From assembly GCA_964425305.1 (NCBI GenBank), contig CAYRMQ010000002.1, positions 16,310-80,309 of the forward strand: DNA of 64,000 bases, read 5' to 3'. A model generated the notes under the pieces. The model had not been told where the DNA came from and did not search any database. It was given only the letters and a program-made list of their open reading frames with translations. This DNA is from an uncultured Anaerolineaceae bacterium. Lineage in GTDB: Bacteria > Chloroflexota > Limnocylindria > Limnocylindrales > CSP1-4. Shown here piece by piece: positions 56,480-64,000 of this stretch. The position numbers were made by a program, and so were the translations under genes. Each line of letters starts with the position of its first letter. Within the stretch, counting starts at the first letter, position 1.

Positions 56480-57481
56480 TCACCAGCCCAGCACGATGTA
56501 CTGGTCGGCAGCCTCTTCGCGGATGCTGCGGCCGGTATACTTCATGAACACGTCGTCCAGGCTGGGCTGGCTCATGCGCAGGCCGGTGATCTGGACGCTG
56601 TCTCCTTCCAGCCGGCGTAGCAGAGCAGGAATGGCGGCACCGGCGTTGGGCACCGCCAGGCTGATTCCCTGCGGGTGGACCGTCACGGCCTCCGCCTCGA
56701 CCAGGCCCTCCAGCCGGCCGCGCACGCGCTCTACGACGCCGTCACCGTCGGGCTGCTCCACTTCGAGCACGACTGTGTCGGCGCCGACCGTGCGCTTGAG
56801 CTCGGCGGGCGAGCCGTCAATCACGATCTTGCCGTTGTCGATGATCGACAGGCGCGAGCACAACCGATCCGCCTCCTCCATGTAATGCGTGGTCAAAAGC
56901 ATCGTCGTCCCCGCCTGGTTGATCCGCTCGAGCTCCTCCCATAGGGCCGTGCGGCTCTGCGGGTCGAGGCCTTCGGTCGGCTCGTCGAGGATGAGCAGCT
57001 CAGGCCGGTGCATCAGCGCGCTGGCCAGATCAAGCCGTCGCTTCATCCCGCCGGAATAGGTGCCGGTCAGCTTGTTGGCCACATGCGACAGGCTCATCAG
57101 CTCCAGTAGCTCGTCCGCCCGGCGGCGGATCTCTGGCGCAGGCAGGCGGTGCATCCGCCCGGCCAGCTCGAGCGTTTCGCGGCCGGTCGAAAAGGCGTCC
57201 AGGGCGGGCGTCTGGAGCGCAAGGCCGAGACGCTTGCGTACCTCCTGCGGCTGCCTGGTCACGTCCAGCGCGGCAACGCGGACGCTCCCGCTCGTCGGCG
57301 AGAGCAGCGTCGCCAGCACGCGGATGGTGGTGGTCTTGCCCGCGCCGTTCGGCCCCAGGAAGCCGAACAGCTCACCGCGGGCGACATCGAAGCTGATCCC
57401 ATCGACGGCGCGCGTCTGCTTGTCGCCTTTGCCGTAGACCTTGACCAGGTCACGGACTTCGATGATCAGTCCCTCGTTCAT
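56480..57481 (-). CDS. ABC transporter ATP-binding protein (DrrA-like)
   Basis: Walker A GPNGAGKTTT, signature YSGGMKRRL, Walker B LLILDEPT. Confidence 0.92.
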   Translation of the reverse strand: MNEGLIIEVRDLVKVYGKGDKQTRAVDGISFDVARGELFGFLGPNGAGKTTTIRVLATLLSPTSGSVRVAALDVTRQPQEVRKRLGLALQTPALDAFSTGRETLELAGRMHRLPAPEIRRRADELLELMSLSHVANKLTGTYSGGMKRRLDLASALMHRPELLILDEPTEGLDPQSRTALWEELERINQAGTTMLLTTHYMEEADRLCSRLSIIDNGKIVIDGSPAELKRTVGADTVVLEVEQPDGDGVVERVRGRLEGLVEAEAVTVHPQGISLAVPNAGAAIPALLRRLEGDSVQITGLRMSQPSLDDVFMKYTGRSIREEAADQYIVLGW

Positions 57482-57607
57482 TGCTCCTCCGAGCGCACGG
57501 CGCTTCCCGTCTGCATACCTGTAGACCGTCTCAGACTGCCCAACTCATCGGCGAACAGTGAACCAGATAAACCTGCCGCGGACCGTCAGGCTTGCCGGCC
57601 CACCACC

Positions 57608-58411
57608 CTACTTCAGCAGCAGCCGCCCCAGCCTCCGCGAGACCACCGCCAGGCCGATCAAACCGAGCACGGCCAGGTAGACGACGTCGACGAGGAGCGT
57701 CGGCTCGATGGCGCCCGTCGTCAGGCCGCGGATCAGATGAACGCCGCGGTACAGCGGCGTGACCTCGACGATCATCCGGATCGGCTCCGGGTAGGCGGTG
57801 ATCGGGAAGAACGTCGCGCTGAACAGGAACAGCGGCATGGTCACTACGAAGATCAGGTCGAAGTCCTGCCACTTGCGCATGAACGACGTCGCCGAAGCGC
57901 CCACCGCCGCCGCTGCGAACCCGATCAGCACTGCCGCCGGCACGGCCAGCAGCGCCCACCATGACATGGCCAGCCCGAGCAGCAGCATCACGATCATGAA
58001 GCCGATGGCGTAGAGCGTGCCGCGGAATAGCGCCCAGCCGACCTCGCCGACGGCCACGTCGCCGACGCCCAGCGGCGTCGACAGGATGGCGTCGTACGTT
58101 TTCGCGTACTTCAGCTTGAAGAACATGTTGAAGGTGCTGTCGTAGATCGCCCCGTTCATCGCCGCCGTCGCCAGCAGCGCCGGCGCGACGAAGACGGCGT
58201 ACGGGATCTGCTCGCCCGTCGGGCCCTCGACGGTCCCGATCAGCGCGCCCAGCCCGAAACCGATGCCGACGAGGTAGAACAGCGGCTCGAAGAAGCCCGA
58301 GAAGATGACCATCCAGGTCCGGCGGTAGACGAAGAAGTTGCGCTCGAACAAGCGCACCGCCTTGCCACCGCCGATGGGCACGATCGGCATCACCCGACCC
58401 AGCGCGGTCAC
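57608..58411 (-). CDS. ABC-2 type transporter permease
   Basis: 267 aa and polytopic. Paralogous to 58425..59225. Confidence 0.85.
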   Translation of the reverse strand: MTALGRVMPIVPIGGGKAVRLFERNFFVYRRTWMVIFSGFFEPLFYLVGIGFGLGALIGTVEGPTGEQIPYAVFVAPALLATAAMNGAIYDSTFNMFFKLKYAKTYDAILSTPLGVGDVAVGEVGWALFRGTLYAIGFMIVMLLLGLAMSWWALLAVPAAVLIGFAAAAVGASATSFMRKWQDFDLIFVVTMPLFLFSATFFPITAYPEPIRMIVEVTPLYRGVHLIRGLTTGAIEPTLLVDVVYLAVLGLIGLAVVSRRLGRLLLK

Positions 58412-58424
58412 CGAGCCACCACCT

Positions 58425-59225
58425 CTACTTCACCAACCGCCGCCGGAACGCCAACATCGCGGCCACGTAGCCGCCGACGATGAAGCCGACGAGCACCGCC
58501 AGGTGCACGACGGCGCGCACCGGCTCGAACGTGCCGAGGGCCAGGTCGCGGGCCAGTGCCACACCGTGGTAGAGCGGCGTCAGGTAGGCGATCGGCTGGA
58601 CGATGTCGGGCAGCTGGCTGATCGGGAAGAACGTGCCCGAGAAGATGAACAGCGGCGTGATCCCGAAGCGGAAGAGGACGTTGAATCCGGAGTCGTTCTT
58701 CTGCGTCGCGGCAAAGGCGGTGATCGGCGCGGCGAATGCGAGGCCGGTCAGGATCGCCGGCAGGATGGCCAGCGCGGCCAGCGGCGAGGTCACCGCGCCA
58801 AAGAGGAACATGACCGCGATGAACACGGCCGCGACCATCGTCAGCCTGACCGACACCCACGCCAGGTGGCCGAGGATGATGTCGCGGATGCTCGCCGGCG
58901 TGGCCAGCATCGCATCGTAGGTGCGCAGCCAGACGATGCCGGCCATCACCGGCCACGTCGACTCGAAGGCGGCCGTCTGCATCGCCGTCGCCAGCAACAG
59001 CCCAGGCGCCAGGAAGGCGAGGTACGAGACGCCCTCCACCCCGTCGGGGTTGTTGGCGTCGACGATCGCGCCGAGGCCGAGACCCATGGCGGCCAGGAAC
59101 AGCGTCGGCGTCACGAAGCTGATGAATACCGTCCCGCGCCAGACGCGGCGGTAGACGAGGGCCTGGTGCTCGAAGATGCGCACCGCCGGCCAGGCGGCCA
59201 CCCGGGCGCCCACCCGCACCGCCAC
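58425..59225 (-). CDS. ABC-2 type transporter permease
   Basis: 266 aa and polytopic, with a GTG start 1 nt after the ATPase stop. Confidence 0.85.
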   Translation of the reverse strand: MAVRVGARVAAWPAVRIFEHQALVYRRVWRGTVFISFVTPTLFLAAMGLGLGAIVDANNPDGVEGVSYLAFLAPGLLLATAMQTAAFESTWPVMAGIVWLRTYDAMLATPASIRDIILGHLAWVSVRLTMVAAVFIAVMFLFGAVTSPLAALAILPAILTGLAFAAPITAFAATQKNDSGFNVLFRFGITPLFIFSGTFFPISQLPDIVQPIAYLTPLYHGVALARDLALGTFEPVRAVVHLAVLVGFIVGGYVAAMLAFRRRLVK

Positions 59226-59226
59226 G

Positions 59227-60153
59227 TCAGTCGACGAGGCTGCGCCCGGTCAGGCGCAGGAAGACGTCCTCGAGCGTGCTGCGCCGGACGAGCATGCTCT
59301 CGGGCTGGATGCCGCGCTCGTGGATCGCCGAGGCCGTTGCGTCGCCGTCGGAGGTGTAGAGCAGGATGCGGTCGGGCAGTTGCTCGGTCCGCTCGGCCAG
59401 GCCGTCGAGCCGGCCGTCGAGGCTGACCTCCTGGTCGGCACGGAAGCGCAGCTCGAGCACCTCACGCGTCGAGTAGCGCTCGATCAGCGCGCGCGGCGAG
59501 CCCTCGGCCACGATCTTGGCCTTGTCCATGACCACCAGCCGGTCGCACAGCTGCTCTGCCTCGTCCATGTAGTGCGTCGTCAGGACGAGCGTCACGCCGC
59601 GCTGCTTGAGCCGATAGAGACGATCCCACAGCAGGTGGCGCGCCTGCGGGTCGAGGCCGGTCGTCGGCTCGTCGAGAAGCATCAGGTCGGGCTCGTTGAT
59701 CAGCGAGCGGGCGATGGTCAGCCGGCGCTTCATGCCGCCCGATAGCGGCTCGACCTCGTCCCCGCTCCGCTCGTGCAGCTGGACGAACTCGAGCAGCTCG
59801 CGCGTGCGCCGTCGGGCCTCGGCGTAGGGCAGGTCGAAGTAGCGCCCGTAGATGACCAGATTCTCCTCGACGGTCAGTTCCATGTCGAGCGTGTCCTGCT
59901 GGGGCACCACGCCGAGCCGAGCGCGGATGAGCGCGCCGTCGCTGTCGGGGTCCATGCCGAGGACGCGCAACTGCCCGTCGGAGCGCGGCGAGACGCAGGC
60001 AATCATGCGCATCGTCGACGTCTTGCCGGCACCGTTCGGCCCGAGGAAGCCGAAAGCCTCGCCGGCGGCCACGTCGAAGTCGATCGCGTCGACGGCAGTG
60101 AAGGCGCCGAAGCGCTTGGTCAGGCGGCGGGCGGAGATAAGGGGCTCGGTCAC
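59227..60153 (-). CDS. ABC transporter ATP-binding protein (DrrA/NodI-like)
   Basis: Walker A GPNGAGKTST, LSGGMKRRL, LMLLDEPT. GTG 60153 (VTEPLISARRL) is preferred. GTG 60162 and TTG 60219 are also possible starts. Confidence 0.9.
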   Translation of the reverse strand: MTEPLISARRLTKRFGAFTAVDAIDFDVAAGEAFGFLGPNGAGKTSTMRMIACVSPRSDGQLRVLGMDPDSDGALIRARLGVVPQQDTLDMELTVEENLVIYGRYFDLPYAEARRRTRELLEFVQLHERSGDEVEPLSGGMKRRLTIARSLINEPDLMLLDEPTTGLDPQARHLLWDRLYRLKQRGVTLVLTTHYMDEAEQLCDRLVVMDKAKIVAEGSPRALIERYSTREVLELRFRADQEVSLDGRLDGLAERTEQLPDRILLYTSDGDATASAIHERGIQPESMLVRRSTLEDVFLRLTGRSLVD

Positions 60154-60229
60154 GGCGGGCACCGGCGAATGGTAGCGCGGCTGAGGTTGACGACTCTTCG
60201 AACTCCTCGAACAAGGCAATGCAGCCCGC

Positions 60230-60520
60230 GGCGCCTTGAGCCAAGCCGGGTCACGACCTTCAGGCTCGGGATCTTCGGGAAGCTGCGCACGTCGTGGGTG
60301 GCGACGTCGTAACCGACAGCCGGTGACGTGGCGCTGATCAATAGTTCATAGGCGCCGAAGACTGCGCCCATGCCGCCAGCTCGGCCCAGCTGCGCGCACT
60401 CGCGCCACAGTCGCGTCGAGGGCGAGCACCGGAACGACGGCGAAAATGTGCTCCACCAACGCCTCGCGCCTGGCTCGGCGTGGACACCTAGCCAGCTGAG
60501 CCGAAATGTGTTACCTTCGG
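60230..60520 (-). pseudogene. relic of a PIN-domain (VapC) toxin gene, N-terminally truncated and frameshifted
   Basis: One frame reads ..EALVEHIFAVVPVLALDATVARVRA. After a shift near 60391-60400 the other frame reads QLGRAGGMGAVFGAYELLISATSPAVGYDVATHDVRSFPKIPSLKVV. Together they match the C-terminal two thirds of VapC (..D.lIAAtA...lvT.d..F..ip.l.v). No N-terminal Asp-containing segment is present. Confidence 0.6.
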
Positions 60521-60554
60521 GTCGCTAGTTTGATGACGTCCGGGGGACCGACAA

Positions 60555-61028
60555 ATGAGCTGGATCCCGGCTCCCGCCCAGGAGCTGATAGACGCCGCGC
60601 TGGTCGCCGAGATGACCGTCGTCCGCGGCGATGGCCGGCCGATCACGTACCCGCTGATCCCGCTATGGGACGGCGAGAAGGTGCTGATGACCTCGAGCAT
60701 CCTCTTCTCGCGCAAGCTCGAGCACATCAAGGCCAACCCGAAGGTCTGCCTGTCGTTCAGCGACCCGGTCGCGCTCGGCGGCCGGCTGGCGCGCCTGACC
60801 ATCCAGGGCGACGCGCGCGTGATCGACGGTGACCCGCACACCGACTGGGAGCGCGTGCTGCCGCTGTGGTCGGCGAAGGAGCCGGTCATCCTGCAGTTCC
60901 TCAAGGCGCGCGTCGCCTTCCCGCTCTTCTTCGAACGATCCGTCATCGAGATCGAGCCGCGCCGGCTGTTGTACTGGCCCGACGGCGACACCACCCGCCG
61001 GCCTGAGCTGCTGGAGGCGACCGCCTGA
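60555..61028 (+). CDS. pyridoxamine-5'-phosphate-oxidase-like (split beta-barrel, FMN/F420-binding superfamily) protein
   Basis: 157 aa. ..AEMTVVRGDGRPITYPLIPLWDGEKVLMTSS....ANPKVCLSFSD...LTIQGDARV is a split-barrel pattern. The stop overlaps the next ATG. Confidence 0.7.
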   Translation: MSWIPAPAQELIDAALVAEMTVVRGDGRPITYPLIPLWDGEKVLMTSSILFSRKLEHIKANPKVCLSFSDPVALGGRLARLTIQGDARVIDGDPHTDWERVLPLWSAKEPVILQFLKARVAFPLFFERSVIEIEPRRLLYWPDGDTTRRPELLEATA

Positions 61029-62428
61029 TGGACCTGCGCGCCGGTGTATCGATGCTCGAGGCGTCCGAGGGCCTGCGCCGGCTGGCCGACTTTCCCTTCG
61101 CCCTGCTGACCTTCGTCGGCGACGACGGCTACCCGCTGAGCGCGGCAGTCGCCGCCATCGTTGACCTCGAGGCCGGCGCTGTCCGCTTCAAGCCGCCGGC
61201 CGGGATCGACGTGCCGACGGGCCGGGAGGTCAGCCTGACCGGCAGCCACATCCGCCCGCAGCCCGGATTCGGCTACGACGAGCGCCGCCACGTCACCGTC
61301 TGGGGCCACGCCGCAGCGGCCGAGGAGGGGGCGATGACTCTGCGGCCGACGGCCGCCTGGGGCTGGGACGAGGAGAACATCCCGTTCCCCGAGTACGTCG
61401 AGCGGACGGTCGGCCAGTCGAAGCGCTACCTCGCGCGCCTGTCGGCCGAGCTGGGCCGACCCGTCCGGCCGCGCCTGTCGTTCGGCTGGCTGACGCTGCG
61501 TGCGACGCGGTTGCCGTTCCTGTCGGCGACGTTCATCCCGGTCAGCATCGGCATCACCATCGCCGCCTGGCACGGCTTCTTCGACCTGGCGACGGTGCTG
61601 CTGACGCTGGTCGGCGCGGCGTGCGTCCATCTCGGGCTCAATGTCGCCAACGACGTCTTCGACGCGCGCCTCGGCGCCGACGACAAGAACGTCAACCCCA
61701 CCCAATACAGCGGCGGATCGCGGGTCATCCAGTACGACCTCGTGTCGCTGCGCGGCATGACCTTGATCTCGGCCGCCTTCTACGCCGTGGCGCTGGCCAT
61801 CGGGCTGGTGCTGCTGGTCATGCGCCCGTCGGTCGCCCTGCTCGTCATCGGTGTCCTGGGCGTCGTGCTCAGCCTGGCCTACACCGCCCCGCCGTTCAAG
61901 CTGGTCTACCGCGGGCTCGGCGAATTGACCACCGCCGTCGGTTTCGGGCCGTTGATGCTGCTCGGCGCCTACGTCGTCCAGAGCGGCGGCACGATACCGC
62001 TGGAGCCTGTCGTCGCCTCGCTGCCGATCGCGATCCTCGTTGCGCTGATCCTCTACGTCAACGAGGTCCCCGACCGGCCGGCCGACGCCCGCGCGGGCAA
62101 GCGCACGCTGCCGGTCATCCTCTCGCGGCCGCTGGTCGTCAACGGCTACCTGGTCGCCGCCATCGCCGCCTTCTCGATCATCGCCGCCGGCGTGCTCACC
62201 GGCATCCTGCCCATCCCGGCGCTGCTGGCGCTGCTCGCGCTGCCGCTCGTCAGGCGCGTCTACGACGGCCTCCAGCAGAACTACGAGTCGCCCTACGGGC
62301 TGATGGCCGTCATGGCCGTCAACATCCGGGTGCACCTGCTCGTCGGCGTGCTGCTCTTCGCGGCGTACCTGGTGGCCATTGCCGTCGCCGCCCTCGCGCC
62401 GGGCGTGCCGCTCTTTCTGAACCGGTAA
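61028..62428 (+). CDS. fusion protein: N-terminal PPOX-like split-barrel domain plus UbiA-superfamily (MenA-like) polyprenyltransferase
   Basis: 466 aa. Residues 1 to about 150 are soluble (FALLTFVGDDGYPLSAAV..VRFKPP..VSLTGSH..VTVWGHA). Then come at least 8 TM segments with Asp-rich motifs NVANDVFDARLGADD and YVNEVPDRPADARAGKRTLPV, as in DHNA prenyltransferases. Confidence 0.75.
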   Translation: MDLRAGVSMLEASEGLRRLADFPFALLTFVGDDGYPLSAAVAAIVDLEAGAVRFKPPAGIDVPTGREVSLTGSHIRPQPGFGYDERRHVTVWGHAAAAEEGAMTLRPTAAWGWDEENIPFPEYVERTVGQSKRYLARLSAELGRPVRPRLSFGWLTLRATRLPFLSATFIPVSIGITIAAWHGFFDLATVLLTLVGAACVHLGLNVANDVFDARLGADDKNVNPTQYSGGSRVIQYDLVSLRGMTLISAAFYAVALAIGLVLLVMRPSVALLVIGVLGVVLSLAYTAPPFKLVYRGLGELTTAVGFGPLMLLGAYVVQSGGTIPLEPVVASLPIAILVALILYVNEVPDRPADARAGKRTLPVILSRPLVVNGYLVAAIAAFSIIAAGVLTGILPIPALLALLALPLVRRVYDGLQQNYESPYGLMAVMAVNIRVHLLVGVLLFAAYLVAIAVAALAPGVPLFLNR

Positions 62429-62434
62429 CGGCGC

Positions 62435-64000
62435 TCAGCGGCCCTCCAGCCGCGACGCCCGATCTGCCAGCTGGCGGAACTCCTCCACGTCGGGCAGCCC
62501 GTCGAACCAGCGCGCCAGCGCATCGGCCTCGTGGGCTACGTCGAGCAGCGTGTAGCCGCGCGCGAAGGGGCTGTCGCGCAGGATCTCGGCGAAAGCCGCG
62601 ACCGTCGCCGCCAGGCGGAAGCCTGCGTCGGCCGACTCGAAGTCGCGCGCCACGTCAGCCAGCTCCACGTCACGCGCCAGGTGCCGCTCGGACCCGTCGT
62701 CCGCGTCCGTCCAGCGCAGGCGGACCGTGCCCAGGTGGCCGTCTCCGCCGCGGCCGTACAGCTCGACCTCGTACAGCGCCGTCACCGAGTGGCCGGCACC
62801 GACGCCGCCGGCGACGACGTTCGGGTCGCGGAAGGCGTCATCGGGCAGCGCCCGGTTCTCGTAGCCGAGCAGCCGGTAGCGCATGACGGCCTCGGGCCTG
62901 AACTCGACCTGCACCTTGGCGTCTCGCGCGATCGTCTGTAGGACGCTGGCCAGCCGGTAGCGGAACAGGTCCTCGGTCTCGCGCCGATCGTTGATGTAGG
63001 CGTAGAAGCCGTTCGCCCTGTCGGCCAGCTGCTCGAGCAGGACGTCGTTGAAGTTGCCCATGCCGACGCCCACCGACACCAGGTCGATGCCCGTCGCCAC
63101 GCCACCGTCGATCAGACGCAGCAGCGAATCGGGATCGGTCAGGCCGACGTTGGCGACGCCGTCCGAGGCGAACACGACGCGGTCCGTCGCGCCGCGGCGG
63201 CGGCCCAGCTCGGCGATGTCATAGCCGAGCACGAGGCCGGCCTGGGCGTTGGTCGAACCACCCGGCGTCAGCCTGTGGATGGCGGCCAGGATGGACTCCG
63301 GCTCGGCGGCCGAGGTCGGGTTGAGCACCACTCGTGCGGCGCTGCCGAACTCGACGATCGCGACGGTGTCGTCCGGGCCGAGCTCGGCGACGAGCATGCC
63401 CAGTGCGTCCTTGACGAGCTCGAGCCTGTTCTCCATGGCCATCGAGCCGGACGTGTCGATGACGAAGGTGAGCGACGCCGGCGGCCGCTCGTAGCCGGAG
63501 ACGACGCGGCCCTGGATGCCGATGCGCAGCAGCACCGAGCGCGTGCCGGTGAAGGGCGTCGGCGCGCCGTCGACGTGAATGGCGAAGACGTCGTCGAGCG
63601 GCGGCCGGTAGCCGTAGTCGAAGCGGTTGACGTACTCCTCGAGGCGGACGCTGTCGCGCGGCGGCAGGAAGCCGTCGTCGATGAAGCGGCGGGCGATGCC
63701 GTACGACGCCGTGTCGACGTCCATCGCAAAAGTCGACAGCGCGTCGCGCTCGGTGTCGACAAAGGGGTTGACGCCGGCGTCGCGGAACTCGACGTCGCGG
63801 TAGGGCAGCCGGGGCTGGGGCTCCCAGGCAGCGGGCGTCGGCTCCCACCGTGGCGGAGCCGGCGCCGGCGTCGCCCGCGGCGGCGGCCGGTGATGGTCCG
63901 ACGACGGCGTGCCCGGCGCCGGCGTGAAGATGGGCGCCGCGCTACAGGCTGCTGACAGCGAGCAGGCGATGAGAACCGATCCGAGCCGGCCGAACCTCGA
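62435..64000 (-). CDS. von Willebrand factor A domain lipoprotein (YfbK-like), 5' end outside the window
   Basis: MIDAS motif LTFVIDTSGSM and upstream FAMDVDTASYG..VRLEEYVN. The frame stays open to position 64000 and encodes ..LIACSLSAAC (signal/lipobox) near the edge, so the start lies beyond the window. Confidence 0.85.
   Translation of the reverse strand, partial: SRFGRLGSVLIACSLSAACSAAPIFTPAPGTPSSDHHRPPPRATPAPAPPRWEPTPAAWEPQPRLPYRDVEFRDAGVNPFVDTERDALSTFAMDVDTASYGIARRFIDDGFLPPRDSVRLEEYVNRFDYGYRPPLDDVFAIHVDGAPTPFTGTRSVLLRIGIQGRVVSGYERPPASLTFVIDTSGSMAMENRLELVKDALGMLVAELGPDDTVAIVEFGSAARVVLNPTSAAEPESILAAIHRLTPGGSTNAQAGLVLGYDIAELGRRRGATDRVVFASDGVANVGLTDPDSLLRLIDGGVATGIDLVSVGVGMGNFNDVLLEQLADRANGFYAYINDRRETEDLFRYRLASVLQTIARDAKVQVEFRPEAVMRYRLLGYENRALPDDAFRDPNVVAGGVGAGHSVTALYEVELYGRGGDGHLGTVRLRWTDADDGSERHLARDVELADVARDFESADAGFRLAATVAAFAEILRDSPFARGYTLLDVAHEADALARWFDGLPDVEEFRQLADRASRLEGR

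Overview
Very GC-rich bacterial chromosomal window (G+C not computed). It is densely packed, and many gene junctions are 4-nt ATGA/GTGA start-stop overlaps. I found no rRNA, tRNA, CRISPR array, transposase or integrase. All family names come from motif recognition by eye, because no BLAST, HMM or Rfam search could be run. The phylum cannot be decided from sequence alone.

Most of the window is housekeeping:
- hom-thrC-thrB-(vapBC)-ask, then trpS and surE.
- A cobalamin-riboswitch-controlled BtuFCD-like importer.
- A manC-pmm-pgi/pmi GDP-mannose operon.
- An apt / MtnA-like / GNAT / ahcY / metK SAM-cycle operon.
- mfd and pth, then rpsU-yqeY-7TM-HD-ybeY, then dnaJ-prmA.
- acdS, and two ABC-2 exporter sets.

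Accessory or unusual content:
1. A lower-GC stretch (about 13.5-17.9 kb) holds an atypical OmpR-type response regulator and two SHOCT paralogs. The paralogs bracket decayed genes: a GHKL-like fragment, a methylase-C-terminal-like ORF and a frameshifted nucleotidyltransferase.
2. Two intact type II toxin-antitoxin modules with leaderless-type promoters, plus a VapC relic.
3. A GTAG-headed REP-like repeat family in two long intergenic regions.
4. Three conserved genes (prmA, ybeY, surE) have no nearby canonical start codon. Two of them have a CTG in a CTGA overlap with the upstream stop.
5. A translationally coupled secreted triad: a propeller-like protein, a metzincin-like protease and a lipoprotein.
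6. A PPOX-like gene followed by a PPOX-like::MenA prenyltransferase fusion.

I rank items 4, 5 and 6 and the SHOCT-flanked island as the best candidates for something new. None is proven novel from sequence alone.
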